DNA from: an uncultured delta proteobacterium
GTDB taxonomy: Bacteria; Myxococcota_A; Polyangia; Polyangiales; Polyangiaceae
NCBI GenBank assembly: GCA_963841435.1
Contig: CAWJCS010000006.1
Coordinates: 288,001 to 352,000, forward strand
Direction: 5' to 3'
DNA: 64,000 bases
In this document: positions 35,590 to 45,726 of the stretch, in pieces
Layout: each line of letters opens with the position of its first letter
Position numbering within the stretch: the stretch's first letter is position 1
Made by a program: the position numbers and the translations under genes
Notes under the pieces: model-generated
Seen by the model: only the letters and a program-made list of their open reading frames with translations
Told to the model about the DNA's origin: nothing
Databases searched by the model: none

Positions 35590-36884
35590 TCGAGAGGTCC
35601 GTCGCGCGCGCTCTCCTTGCGAGCGCTTTCTGCCTGGCGCTGGGCGCCTGTGGGAGCGAATCGTCGGAGCCCGGCGCGGGCGGCGCGTCCGGTATGGGCG
35701 CCGGCGGCACGTCGGGCAGCGGTGTGGGCGGTAGCGCCGGCACCGTCGCGGGAAACGCCGGCGATTCGGGCAGCGGCGGCACCACGGGCGGCGACGGCGC
35801 AGGCGCCGGCGTGTCGGGCGCCGCCGGCTCGGCCGGCACCGCGGGGAACTCGGGCGCGGCGGGTGACGCTGGCGCCGGCGGAAGCGCGGGGGCGACGGCG
35901 TCCGGCTGCATCGTTCCCGCGACGCAGGCGGAGCAGCCCATGCTCCTCACCGAAACGGGCTGCGTCGATCCGAGCGATCCCACCAAGGCCGCGCCCGGGC
36001 TCGTCCCCTACGACGTGAACAGCAGGCTCTGGTCGGACGGTGCGACGAAGGAGCGCTACATGTCGCTCCCCGCGGACTCGAAGATCACGGTGAAGGACTG
36101 CGACATGGATCCCGCGAGCTGCCAGCCCATCGAGATGGGGGGCAGCGGCGAGGACGAAGGGCATTTCGACATGCCCGAGCACACCGTGCTCATGAAGGTG
36201 TTCCTGATCGACGGTAAGCGCATCGAGACGCGGCTGCTCACACGCATCGCGGGCAGCACCTGGGTCGGCTTCAGCTACGAATGGAACGACGAGCAGACCC
36301 AGGCGACACTGCTCCCCGACGCTCTCGACAAGACCGTGGGCTCGCAGACCTGGCACTTCCCGAGCCGCTCGCAGTGCCTCGAATGCCACACCAAGGCGGG
36401 AGGGCGCACGCTCGGGCCCTCGACCCGTCAGCTCGACCGCACGTACAGCTACCCCGAGGGGGACATGAACCAGCTCGAGAAGCTCGTTTCCCTCGGCTAT
36501 CTCGACGCCATGCCCAAGGATCTCGGCGCTTACCCCGACCCCCTCGGCTCCGCCCCGCTCGAGGACCGCGCCCGCTCGTACCTGCAGACCAATTGCTCGA
36601 TCTGCCATCGCGCCGGCGGCACGGTGAGCGACGTGGACCTCCGCTACACCACGTCTTTCAAGGATACCACCCTCTGCAACGGGACGGTGATCAAGGGCAC
36701 GGGCGATCCGGTGCTGCCGCAGATCCGCATCGTTCCGGGCGATCCAGCCGCATCGAACCTGTCGTTTCGCATGCACGACACGGGCTACTACCGGATGCCC
36801 AAGATCGGCTCCTCCCTGGTGGATCCCGACGGCACCGCGTTGATCGACGAGTGGATCACCTCGCTTACCAGCTGCCCTCAGTGA
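35583..36884 (+). CDS. Diheme c-type cytochrome lipoprotein (SO2930-like)
   Basis: LGAC lipobox; PYDVNSRLWSDGATKERY, IETRLL, CLECH, RARSYLQTNCSICH and RMPKIG. Confidence 0.8.
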   Translation: MLIERSVARALLASAFCLALGACGSESSEPGAGGASGMGAGGTSGSGVGGSAGTVAGNAGDSGSGGTTGGDGAGAGVSGAAGSAGTAGNSGAAGDAGAGGSAGATASGCIVPATQAEQPMLLTETGCVDPSDPTKAAPGLVPYDVNSRLWSDGATKERYMSLPADSKITVKDCDMDPASCQPIEMGGSGEDEGHFDMPEHTVLMKVFLIDGKRIETRLLTRIAGSTWVGFSYEWNDEQTQATLLPDALDKTVGSQTWHFPSRSQCLECHTKAGGRTLGPSTRQLDRTYSYPEGDMNQLEKLVSLGYLDAMPKDLGAYPDPLGSAPLEDRARSYLQTNCSICHRAGGTVSDVDLRYTTSFKDTTLCNGTVIKGTGDPVLPQIRIVPGDPAASNLSFRMHDTGYYRMPKIGSSLVDPDGTALIDEWITSLTSCPQ

Positions 36885-36898
36885 TACGAACGCTCTTG

Positions 36899-38359
36899 AT
36901 GCGTTCCGCGAGGCTCGGCCTCGTTCTCGGGCTCTGCCTGCTCCTGCCTCGCTGCAGTGCCTATCGTGCGGCGCGCGCGCACCTCGAAGGGCCGTTCGCC
37001 GACCGGCTCGTCCTGGACGTGAGCTACGTCATGGGGGCGCGCGGCGCGACGGACATCGCCTTCCACCCCGACGGCCGCGCGATCGTCACGCAGAAGGACG
37101 GCAGCGTCACGGTGCGCCACGCGGACGGGTCCAAGGTCGAGCTCGAGCGCGTCTTTCCGCACGTTGACACGGATTCCGAGAAGGGCTTGCTCGGCGTCGT
37201 GCCCGATCCCAACGTCGCGAAGAACGACACCTTCTACTTCTACGCCGACACGGGCCCCACGGAGGACAAGCACCGCGTGGTCCGCGCCGTGCTCGGCAAG
37301 GACGACACGCTCACGATCGACTTCGACCACCCCGTGATCGGTCGCGATCGCGGCACTGGCCCCGGCCTCGAGGGTCCGCGCAATCACGACGGCGGCGGCA
37401 TGCTCGTCCACGAAGGTAAGCTCTGGGTGGGTGTCGGCGACACGGGCGCAAACGCCACGCCGCCCACCAACAAGTACGCGAGCTGCCTGAACAAGGGTAA
37501 CGGCAAAATCCTGCGCGTGAATTTCGACGGCTCGGTGCCCGACGACAACCCGCTCGTCTCGTTCGCCGAGGTGACCGGTTGCCGGGGCTCCAACGCCGGC
37601 TGGGAGCTTTTGCCGCCCGATCGTCGCATCGTGGCGTGGGGCCTCAGAAATCCCTGGCGCTTCTGGATCGATCCCCACACGAACCTGCTCTGGATCGGCG
37701 ACGTTGGGGAAATCACGCGCGAGGAGATCTCGGTGGGTCACACGGCGGAGCACTATGGCTACCCGTTTTACGAGGGCAACAAGGACTGGTCGCGTGAGGA
37801 TGGCGCGCTCCGGCTCGGAAAGACTTGCGACGAGGGTTTCGTGCCCGCGCGCCCCTGCACGCCCCCCGTCTACGATTACTCGCACGCCGAAGGGACGAGC
37901 GTCACGGGCGGACTGATCCCCGAAGGCTGCGGTTGGTCGAAGGCTTTCGACGGCAAGCTTTTTTATCTCTTCGCCGACTACGGCGCGAACTGGCTCCGCG
38001 CGCTCGAGGTGAAGCCGGATCGCTCGGGCGTCGTGTCGAGCAGCGCCTTGCACTTCGGTCACTTTTCGGGCGGCCCCGCTTCGATTCGCCAGGGGCTCGA
38101 CGGCGCCGTGTACATCGTGTTCAACGGCGGGGGCTACGTGGCGCGGCTCGCGCCGCTTGCCCAGACCGGGCCCGATTGCTCGGCGGGACAGAGCGCGGGC
38201 TCGCGCAGGGGGTCAAAGGGCTGCGGCTGCCGCATGGTCGGCCCGGACGGCGGGGGCGCGGCGCCGCTCGGCGGCCTCGCGCTTTTCGGAGTCGCGGTCG
38301 CGCTCCGCTTTGGCGCCCGCCGGCGCGCTCAGGGGCAGCGGCGGAGCTCGGCCTCGTAG
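36899..38359 (+). CDS. Second GSDH-family protein with MYXO-CTERM
   Basis: SEKGLLG, NHDGGG, GKILRV, GLRNPWR, IGDVG; C-terminal KGCGCRM, TM segment and RRR. Confidence 0.86.
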   Translation: MRSARLGLVLGLCLLLPRCSAYRAARAHLEGPFADRLVLDVSYVMGARGATDIAFHPDGRAIVTQKDGSVTVRHADGSKVELERVFPHVDTDSEKGLLGVVPDPNVAKNDTFYFYADTGPTEDKHRVVRAVLGKDDTLTIDFDHPVIGRDRGTGPGLEGPRNHDGGGMLVHEGKLWVGVGDTGANATPPTNKYASCLNKGNGKILRVNFDGSVPDDNPLVSFAEVTGCRGSNAGWELLPPDRRIVAWGLRNPWRFWIDPHTNLLWIGDVGEITREEISVGHTAEHYGYPFYEGNKDWSREDGALRLGKTCDEGFVPARPCTPPVYDYSHAEGTSVTGGLIPEGCGWSKAFDGKLFYLFADYGANWLRALEVKPDRSGVVSSSALHFGHFSGGPASIRQGLDGAVYIVFNGGGYVARLAPLAQTGPDCSAGQSAGSRRGSKGCGCRMVGPDGGGAAPLGGLALFGVAVALRFGARRRAQGQRRSSAS

Positions 38360-39324
38360 AGCGCCTTGCCGAGCACTTCGTGCCCGAGCTTGCCGAAGTG
38401 CAGTCCGTCTTGAAACGGCGGCTTGTAGCGCGGACAGAGCCGCTCCGGATCGCCGCACGAGAGGAGCGGGAAAGCGTTGACGACGACGTTGACGCTGCCG
38501 GCATCGGGCTGCTTTCGGATCCAATCGTTGAGCTCGTGCGTCGCCGCCGCACGCTTGGGGTTGAAGTAGCGATTGAAGCCGCCCCAGGGCGTCACCGTGA
38601 TGGCGACGACCCGCAGTCCGAGCCCCTTCGCGGCCTCGTACACGTGGGAAAGGTCACGCTCGATCTTCGCGGGCGTGCGCCCGGCCGTTTCATCGCTGTA
38701 AAGATCGTTGACGCCGCCGAGCACGATGACATGGCTGAAGGTGCCGCGCGGCTCGGCCGCCACGAGGGCATCGAAGCGCTTGCGCATCTGGTTGACCATG
38801 GCGCCGCCCTTCGCGAAGTTGGAAAAGGTGCTCTTCGGACTGTGCGATATCAGGTAGCGCACGTAGGCGCCGCCGCCGTGGTGGAAGTCCGTGAGCGAAT
38901 CGCCGATGAGCGCGACGTGGCAGGGCGCACCCATCGGCGATTCGGGGGCGCCGGGCGGCTCGGCATGGGGTGGCTCCGTCCCGCCGACGGGCGGCGTCGA
39001 GCCCGTCGCCGTCGGGCTCGCTCGGTCGGACGGCGCGGCGTCATCGGGTCGCGCGCTGGCTTCCGCCGCGGCGCGAGGTGACGGCTCCGGAGCCGAGCCG
39101 AGGGGCGGCGGCGCGGCGACCCCGGCGGAGGTCGTCGAGAGCGGCGCCCGCGGCGAGCCGTGCTCGGTGCTCGGCTGGCAAGCGCAGGCGAAAGCAACGA
39201 GAACCGATGCTGCCGCTCGGCCCGTCAAGGTGCGAACACCGGTCCGAGGCGCTCGAGGCGCGCGGTCATGGCCGGATTGTAGCCGTACTCGGGGTCCGCC
39301 GCGGGGGTGGCGTTTCGTCCGCAA
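38329..39324 (-). CDS. SGNH/GDSL hydrolase (start uncertain)
   Basis: IGDSLT, LGGVND and DGLHF. Confidence 0.85.
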   Translation of the reverse strand: MRTKRHPRGGPRVRLQSGHDRAPRAPRTGVRTLTGRAAASVLVAFACACQPSTEHGSPRAPLSTTSAGVAAPPPLGSAPEPSPRAAAEASARPDDAAPSDRASPTATGSTPPVGGTEPPHAEPPGAPESPMGAPCHVALIGDSLTDFHHGGGAYVRYLISHSPKSTFSNFAKGGAMVNQMRKRFDALVAAEPRGTFSHVIVLGGVNDLYSDETAGRTPAKIERDLSHVYEAAKGLGLRVVAITVTPWGGFNRYFNPKRAAATHELNDWIRKQPDAGSVNVVVNAFPLLSCGDPERLCPRYKPPFQDGLHFGKLGHEVLGKALYEAELRRCP

Positions 39325-39396
39325 ATGCGCTCGACGACGGCCTGGTCGCCGAGCCCGCCCGCGCCCGAGTGCGGAAGGCCCTGGTGTTGACGCTCG

Positions 39397-39921
39397 TCAG
39401 CCCTTGCGGGCCGCGCGGCGCCGTTCGCGCTCGATGGCCGCAAGGCGCGTGACGACGCCGCGCGCCACGATCTCGAGCACGTGCACCACCACCTGGCGGC
39501 GCCTTTTCGGGTCCCCTCCGAAATCGACGTGGCTTCGCGCGCTCTTGCCCCGAGGCAGGCGTCCGAGCGCCGTGCACTTGACCCTGAGCACGCCGTCCTT
39601 TTCCACGGCGCTGAGCTCCTCCACGATGACGCGATATTCGATCTTCGCGCCGCGACCGGCGCCCCAGTCCGCGCGGCGGGCCGCCCTCTTCAGCATGTAG
39701 CGGAAGTGTCGTTGCAGGGCGCTCGACCGCGGCAGCGAGCTCGGGAAGACCAACCGGTCGAGGCGCACGCTCGGCCGCCCGGCGGAACGCTGCCCGACAC
39801 CGGGCGCGAACGGCGGCGGGTCGGCGCTGCTCTCGAGGGGGTCGGCGTGCGCACCCGTGGACGCCAGGGCCGAAATCAGCCAAAGCGTGAGCACCCAGAA
39901 GGTGGGAAAACGACGCCGCAC
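39397..39921 (-). CDS. Exported hypothetical protein
   Basis: Signal peptide ending AHA; fits between neighbouring genes. Confidence 0.55.
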   Translation of the reverse strand: MRRRFPTFWVLTLWLISALASTGAHADPLESSADPPPFAPGVGQRSAGRPSVRLDRLVFPSSLPRSSALQRHFRYMLKRAARRADWGAGRGAKIEYRVIVEELSAVEKDGVLRVKCTALGRLPRGKSARSHVDFGGDPKRRRQVVVHVLEIVARGVVTRLAAIERERRRAARKG

Positions 39922-39978
39922 TCTCGCCGCTTAGCCGAATAGGACCGCGCGGGCCAAGTTGAAGTAGCGTGCGGGAGC

Positions 39979-41700
39979 ATGGAAGCGAGGTCGAGCGCGC
40001 CGGGTCGGGACCCCGCTCCGGGGGAGACCGACGTCGACGTGGCCGTGATCGGGGGTGGCGTGAACGGCACGGGCGTGGCGCGGGACGCCACGCAGCGCGG
40101 CCTCAAAGTGGCGCTGTTCGAGCGCAACGACCTCGCCTTCGGCGCGAGCGGCAACTCGAGCGGCATGATCCACGGGGGCCCGCGCTATCTCACGAGCGAC
40201 CCGGACGTCACCCACAGCTCGTGCCTCGACTCCGGCCACATCCAGCGCATCGCGCCGCACCTCCTGTTCCGCATCCCGTTCTTGATGCCGGTTTTCCGCA
40301 AGAACGACCTCGTCGCCGAGGCGACGCTCGCCGCGTACGACGCGTTCTTCGAGGTCTACGATCGCTATCAGCCGCTCAAGCGTGGAAAATCGCACGTGCG
40401 GCTCGCGGCGGACGAGCTCTTCGCGCTCGAGCCGGGCATCGTCAAGGAAGCGCGCGGCGGCGTCACCTTCGACGAGTGGGGTATCGACGGCGTGCGGCTG
40501 TGTGTCGCGAACGCCGTCGACGCCGTGGAGCAAGGGGCGACGGTTCGCGTGCGCACCACCGTGACCGAGATCCTTCGCGGCGAGGACGGCCGCGTGCGCG
40601 GCGTCGCGTATCGCGATCGTGAAACGGGCCAGAGTGGGACCTGCACGGCGCGCGTCGTCGTCAACGCGACGGGCGCCTGGGCGCCCATCACGGCTGCGCT
40701 CGGCAAGCTCGCACCCAAGGCCGCGCGCGTCCGGCCGGGCAAGGGCATCCACGTCTTTTTGGATCGTCGGCTCACGAACTACGCCATCGTCGCGCGCGCC
40801 ATCGACGGGCGGCAGGTCTTCCTCTTGCCTTGGCAGAACGTGAGCGTTCTCGGTACGACCGACGACGACTACTACGGCGACCTCGATCGCGTCGTCGCGA
40901 CGGGCGACGAGGTGCGCTACCTGTTCCAGGCCGTCGCGCGCGTCTTCCCCTCGATCTGGCAGGCCCGCGCGATCGGTACCTGGGCAGGCGTGCGCCCGAC
41001 GCTCTACGCGTGGGGCCCCAACGAGGACGAGCTCTCGCGAGAGCACGAGATCCGCGACCACGCGGCCGACGGCGCCGACGGCCTCTACTCGATGCTCGGC
41101 GGCAAGCTCGCGAGCTTTCGCCAGTTTTCCGAGGAGATGACCGACGTGATCGCGCGCCGCCTGCGGGTCTCGGCGAGCTGCCGCACGCACAAGACGCCCT
41201 TGCCGGGCGGCGACGAAACGGTCGATCCCATGCGGCTCGTCGTCGAGGGCGGCATGGAGGCGGTGACGGCGACGCGCCTGGTGTACCGCCACGGGACGCG
41301 CTCGCTCCGCGTGCTCGAGCGTATGTTGAAGGATCCGCGCGAGGCCGCCGTGGTGTGTCCCTGCGAGCCCGTCACCGAAGCCGAGATCCGCTACGCCGTC
41401 GCGCACGAGCTCGCTCGCTCCGTGGAGGACGTGTCGCGCCGCACGCGGCTCGGGCTCGGCGTGTGCGGGGGCGTGCGCTGCGCGGCGCGCTGCGGGAGGA
41501 TCGTCGCCGACATGGGCGAGCGCTCGCCGCGCTTCGGGCTCGAGTCGGCGCGGGATTTCCTCGCCGTGGCGGCGCTCCGGCGTCGCGCCGCCGTGGGCCC
41601 CGAGCAGGCGCGCCAGGAGGCGCTTTCGCTCGCGGCACTGCGCGCCGAGCTCGGTGAGCCGCTCGGTCGCGCGCCCGGGGAGGAAGGCGGCTCCGGTTGA
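39979..41700 (+). CDS. glpA: FAD-dependent glycerol-3-phosphate dehydrogenase subunit A with BFD-like [2Fe-2S] domain
   Basis: IGGGVNG, SSGMIHGGPRYL, VNATGAW, AGVRP, GGKL; CPCE...RTRLGLGVCGGVRC. Confidence 0.85.
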   Translation: MEARSSAPGRDPAPGETDVDVAVIGGGVNGTGVARDATQRGLKVALFERNDLAFGASGNSSGMIHGGPRYLTSDPDVTHSSCLDSGHIQRIAPHLLFRIPFLMPVFRKNDLVAEATLAAYDAFFEVYDRYQPLKRGKSHVRLAADELFALEPGIVKEARGGVTFDEWGIDGVRLCVANAVDAVEQGATVRVRTTVTEILRGEDGRVRGVAYRDRETGQSGTCTARVVVNATGAWAPITAALGKLAPKAARVRPGKGIHVFLDRRLTNYAIVARAIDGRQVFLLPWQNVSVLGTTDDDYYGDLDRVVATGDEVRYLFQAVARVFPSIWQARAIGTWAGVRPTLYAWGPNEDELSREHEIRDHAADGADGLYSMLGGKLASFRQFSEEMTDVIARRLRVSASCRTHKTPLPGGDETVDPMRLVVEGGMEAVTATRLVYRHGTRSLRVLERMLKDPREAAVVCPCEPVTEAEIRYAVAHELARSVEDVSRRTRLGLGVCGGVRCAARCGRIVADMGERSPRFGLESARDFLAVAALRRRAAVGPEQARQEALSLAALRAELGEPLGRAPGEEGGSG

Positions 41701-42938
41701 ACGAGCCGCCGCTCGTCGTCGTGGGAGCGGGTTTCGCCGGGACGGCGGCGGCATGGGCCGCCGTGCGTGCGGGCGCCCCCGTGAGGGTCGTGGACGATCG
41801 CGCGGGGCTCAGCGCCATCGCCTGCGGCGCGCTCGACCTCGAGCCGTGGCACGAAGGCGCCCCCGAGTCGCGCGACGACGCAGCGCTGCGGGACGCGACG
41901 CTCGCGAAGCTCGTCGAGGAGCTCGGCACCCTGCGCCTCGGCCGTCGCCGGATCGCCACGCGCGAAGGCGTCGTGCGCCCCGCGCTGGGCTCGGACCGCG
42001 CCCTGCTCGATCTCGAGCCGCTCGCGGGCAAGCGCATCGCGGTCGCCGATCTCGGGCGAGACGACTGGGACGCGCGGCTCGTCGCACGAGCGCTCGGCGC
42101 GAGCCCCTGGGCGGAGCGCACCCGCACGGCGTTCTTCTGCGTGCCGGTGCCGGCGCTGCGCGCCGGCTACGAGCGCCGCATCGCAGCCCACGACTTTGCC
42201 CTGCTTCACGACGACCCCGAACGCCGCCGCTCGCTCGCGCGCGTGCTCAAGGAAGCCGAAGGCGGCGCCGCCGCGTGGCTTCTCGGACCCTGGCTCGGCA
42301 TCGCCGAGGACGCCGCGCACGCCATCGCGGAGCTCATCGGCGTGCCGGTCGGCGAGACCACCTCGCCCATGGGTGGCGCCGCGGGGGCGCGCTTCGAGCG
42401 CTCCCGCGACGCGCTGTTCGGCGCGCTCGGTGTCGAACGGGTGCGCGCGCGCGTGCTCGGCGTTGCAAGGCGCGGCGAGCGGCTCGTGCTCACGCTCGAC
42501 GGCGAGCCCGGGACGCCCGCCGAGCTCGAAGCGCCGAGCGTCGTGCTCGCGACGGGCGGCGTGGGAGCGGGTGGTATCCTGCTTTCGTGGGCCCCCGGGG
42601 ACGGCGGCAAGACCTTCGCGCTCGGCTTCGAGGCACCCCTCGCTCTCGCCCTCCACGGCGAGCGGGTCGAGTCGGGCGGGTCCCTGTTCGGCCCCGGCCT
42701 GGAAAGCCAAGGATTCGGGATGCTCGAAAGTGTGGGCGTCGCCGCCGACCGCGAAGGCGCACCGCTCGGTTCCGACGAGGCGGCGCGCGGCCTGTACGTC
42801 GCGGGCGACATCGTGGCCGACCGGCCCCGCACGGCACTCAGAGCGTTGCAGGACGGTATCGCGGCGGGGTCGAGTGCCGCGCGCTTTCACGCGGAAGCGA
42901 GCGGCGCCGCCGTTGCTGCGCGGCGGCCCATGGGGTAA
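41697..42938 (+). CDS. GlpB-like FAD-binding protein
   Basis: VVGAGFAG, VLATGG and LYVAGD; 4-bp overlap with glpA. Confidence 0.7.
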   Translation: MNEPPLVVVGAGFAGTAAAWAAVRAGAPVRVVDDRAGLSAIACGALDLEPWHEGAPESRDDAALRDATLAKLVEELGTLRLGRRRIATREGVVRPALGSDRALLDLEPLAGKRIAVADLGRDDWDARLVARALGASPWAERTRTAFFCVPVPALRAGYERRIAAHDFALLHDDPERRRSLARVLKEAEGGAAAWLLGPWLGIAEDAAHAIAELIGVPVGETTSPMGGAAGARFERSRDALFGALGVERVRARVLGVARRGERLVLTLDGEPGTPAELEAPSVVLATGGVGAGGILLSWAPGDGGKTFALGFEAPLALALHGERVESGGSLFGPGLESQGFGMLESVGVAADREGAPLGSDEAARGLYVAGDIVADRPRTALRALQDGIAAGSSAARFHAEASGAAVAARRPMG

Positions 42939-42941
42939 CCG

Positions 42942-45677
42942 ATGAGCACCATGACCGAACGCGCTCTCGATTCGTTCAAGACCAAGACGGAGCTCAGCGT
43001 CGCCGGCAAGAGCTACGCGTATTTCAGCCTTCCCAAGCTTTCGGCCGCCGCCGGTCGGGACGTCGCTCGGCTGCCGTTCGCGCTGCGCATCTTGCTCGAG
43101 AACCTGCTGCGCAACGAGGACGGCAAGGCCGTCGAGAAAAAGGACATCGAGGCCGTGGTCGGCTGGAATCCGAAGGCCGCGCCCGAAGACGAGATCGCCT
43201 TCTATCCGGCCCGCGTCGTGCTTCAGGACTTCACGGGCGTCCCCGCCGTCGTCGATTTCGCGGCGATGCGCGACGCGATGGCAACGATGGGCGGCGACCC
43301 GAGAAAGATCAATCCGCTCTTTCCCGCCGAGCTCGTCATCGATCACTCGGTGCAGGTGGACTACTACGGCACCGTCGATGCCCTCGTGCGAAACACCAAG
43401 AACGAGTACGAGCGCAACCAGGAGCGCTACGTGCTGCTCCGCTGGGCACAGAATGCGTTCGACAATTTCCGCGTCGTGCCGCCTTCGACCGGCATCGTTC
43501 ACCAGGTCAACCTCGAGTACCTCGCGCGCGTCGTGTTCGACGAAAAGGGCGTCGCGTATCCGGACACGCTGGTCGGCACCGACAGCCACACCACCATGGT
43601 CAACGGCCTCGGCGTGCTCGGCTGGGGCGTCGGCGGCATCGAGGCCGAAGCCGCCATGCTCGGCCAGCCCATCAACCTGCTGGTTCCCGAGGTCGTCGGC
43701 GTGCGCCTGCACGGGACGCTACCCAGTGGGACCACGGCGACCGACCTCGTGCTCACCATCACGCGCCTCTTGCGTGACCACGGTGTGGTCGGCAAATTCG
43801 TCGAGTTCTTCGGCGAAGGTCTGACGGGCCTGCCGCTCGCCGATCGCGCGACGATCGGCAACATGAGCCCGGAGTTCGGCTCGACGTGCGCCATCTTCCC
43901 CATCGACGCCGAGACCATCACGTACCTCAAGCTCACGGGTCGCAGCGCCGAGCGCGTGGCCCTCGTCGAGGCGTACGCGAAGGCGCAGGGCCTGTTCCGC
44001 GAGAAGGGGGCGCCCGATCCGGTCTTCTCGCAGACGGTCGAGCTCGACCTCGCGAGCGTCGTGCCGACACTCGCCGGGCCGCGCCGCCCGCACGACAAGG
44101 TGCCGCTCACCGGCGTCAAGGCGGCGTTCGCGAAGGCGCTGCCCGAAATGGCGGCCCAGGCGCGCGCCAAGGGCAAGGGCGCGGCCGCGGCGCCGCCGAG
44201 TGCAGAAGAGCTCGCCGTCACGGTGCCGGCCACGCTCGGCGGAAAATCGTTCTCGGTCGGTCACGGCAGCGTCGTCATCGCGGCCATCACCTCGTGCACC
44301 AACACTTCCAACCCGTACGTGCTCGTCGGGGCGGGCTTGCTCGCGAAGAAAGCCGTCGCGCTCGGCCTTCTGCCCAAGCCCTGGGTGAAGACGAGCCTCG
44401 CCCCCGGCTCCAAGGTCGTCACCGAATATCTGCGCAATTCCGGGCTGCTCAGCGAGCTCGAGACGGTGGGCTTCAACGTCGTCGGCTACGGCTGCACCAC
44501 GTGCATCGGCAACAGCGGTCCTCTGCCCGAGCCCGTGAGCAAGGCGATCGGCGAGGGGAGCCTCGTCGCGGTGAGCGTGCTCAGCGGCAACCGCAACTTC
44601 GAAGGCCGCATCAGCCCCGACGTGCGCGCGAACTTCCTCGCCTCGCCGCCGCTCGTCGTTGCGTTCGCGCTCGCGGGGCGCATCGACATCGACTTCGACG
44701 CCGAGCCGATCGGCAAGAGCAAGCACGGAAAAGACGTGTTCTTGAAGGACGTCTGGCCCGCGCCGTCCGAGGTCGCCGCGATCGTGCAAGAATACGTCAC
44801 GGCGGAGGCCTACGAGAAGGAGTACGCCAACGTCTTTCTGGGTGACGAGCGCTGGCGCGCCGTGCCCGTCCCCGAGGGCGATCGCTTCGCCTGGGCACCC
44901 GAGAGCACCTACGTGAGGAAGCCCACGTTCTTCGAGGGCATGAGCCTCGAGCCCGCGCCGCTCGCCGACATCGTGGGTGCGCGCTCTCTCGCCGTGCTCG
45001 GCGATTCGGTCACGACCGATCACATCTCGCCGGCCGGCAACATCGCCAAGGCCTCGGAGGCGGCGAAGTACCTCACGGACCACGGCATCAAACCCTCGGA
45101 TTTCAACCAATACGGTGCGCGCCGCGGCAACCACGAGGTCATGATGCGCGGCACGTTCGCGAACGTGCGGCTCAAGAACCTGCTCGTGCCCGGCGTGGAG
45201 GGCCCCGTGACGCGCTTCTTGCCGACCAACGAGCAGACGAGCATCTTCGACGCCGCGCAGAAGTACCAGGCCGCGGGAACGCCGCTTCTGATCCTCGCGG
45301 GCAAGGAGTACGGCTCCGGCTCCTCGCGCGACTGGGCGGCGAAGGGCACCTTCATGCTGGGCGTGCGGGCCGTCATCGCCGAATCGTACGAGCGCATCCA
45401 TCGCAGCAACCTCATCGGCATGGGCGTCTTGCCGTTGCAGTTCCTGTCGGGTGAGTCGCGCGAATCGCTCGGCTTGAGCGGCGAGGAAACGTTCGCCATC
45501 GAGGGGCTCGCCTCCGGCCTCGCGCCGCGCACCAAGCTCAGCGTGAGCGCCACCGACGCGAGCGGCAAAAAGAAGCAGTTCTCCGTGCTCGCGCGCATCG
45601 ATACCGCCGTCGAGCTCGACTACTACAAGCACGGCGGCATCCTGCAGTACGTGCTGCGCCAGCTCGTCGCCGCCTGA
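42942..45677 (+). CDS. acnA: Aconitate hydratase A
   Basis: LQDFTGVP, VIDHSVQVD, GTDSHT, AITSCTNTSNP, GCTTCIGNSG, SGNRNFEGR and YGSGSSRDWAAKG. Confidence 0.98.
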   Translation: MSTMTERALDSFKTKTELSVAGKSYAYFSLPKLSAAAGRDVARLPFALRILLENLLRNEDGKAVEKKDIEAVVGWNPKAAPEDEIAFYPARVVLQDFTGVPAVVDFAAMRDAMATMGGDPRKINPLFPAELVIDHSVQVDYYGTVDALVRNTKNEYERNQERYVLLRWAQNAFDNFRVVPPSTGIVHQVNLEYLARVVFDEKGVAYPDTLVGTDSHTTMVNGLGVLGWGVGGIEAEAAMLGQPINLLVPEVVGVRLHGTLPSGTTATDLVLTITRLLRDHGVVGKFVEFFGEGLTGLPLADRATIGNMSPEFGSTCAIFPIDAETITYLKLTGRSAERVALVEAYAKAQGLFREKGAPDPVFSQTVELDLASVVPTLAGPRRPHDKVPLTGVKAAFAKALPEMAAQARAKGKGAAAAPPSAEELAVTVPATLGGKSFSVGHGSVVIAAITSCTNTSNPYVLVGAGLLAKKAVALGLLPKPWVKTSLAPGSKVVTEYLRNSGLLSELETVGFNVVGYGCTTCIGNSGPLPEPVSKAIGEGSLVAVSVLSGNRNFEGRISPDVRANFLASPPLVVAFALAGRIDIDFDAEPIGKSKHGKDVFLKDVWPAPSEVAAIVQEYVTAEAYEKEYANVFLGDERWRAVPVPEGDRFAWAPESTYVRKPTFFEGMSLEPAPLADIVGARSLAVLGDSVTTDHISPAGNIAKASEAAKYLTDHGIKPSDFNQYGARRGNHEVMMRGTFANVRLKNLLVPGVEGPVTRFLPTNEQTSIFDAAQKYQAAGTPLLILAGKEYGSGSSRDWAAKGTFMLGVRAVIAESYERIHRSNLIGMGVLPLQFLSGESRESLGLSGEETFAIEGLASGLAPRTKLSVSATDASGKKKQFSVLARIDTAVELDYYKHGGILQYVLRQLVAA

Positions 45678-45726
45678 CGGCGAACAGCGTCGCCGCGTGC
45701 TCGGCGCGGTCCATCGCGGCGCGAGG

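Noticed and set aside
35085-35905. Repetitive GGC-rich tracts (also 5090-5180 and 13170-13410) as a possible array
   Set aside because: They are degenerate Gly/Ser/Thr linker codons inside lipoprotein genes, with no constant repeat-spacer structure; not CRISPR.
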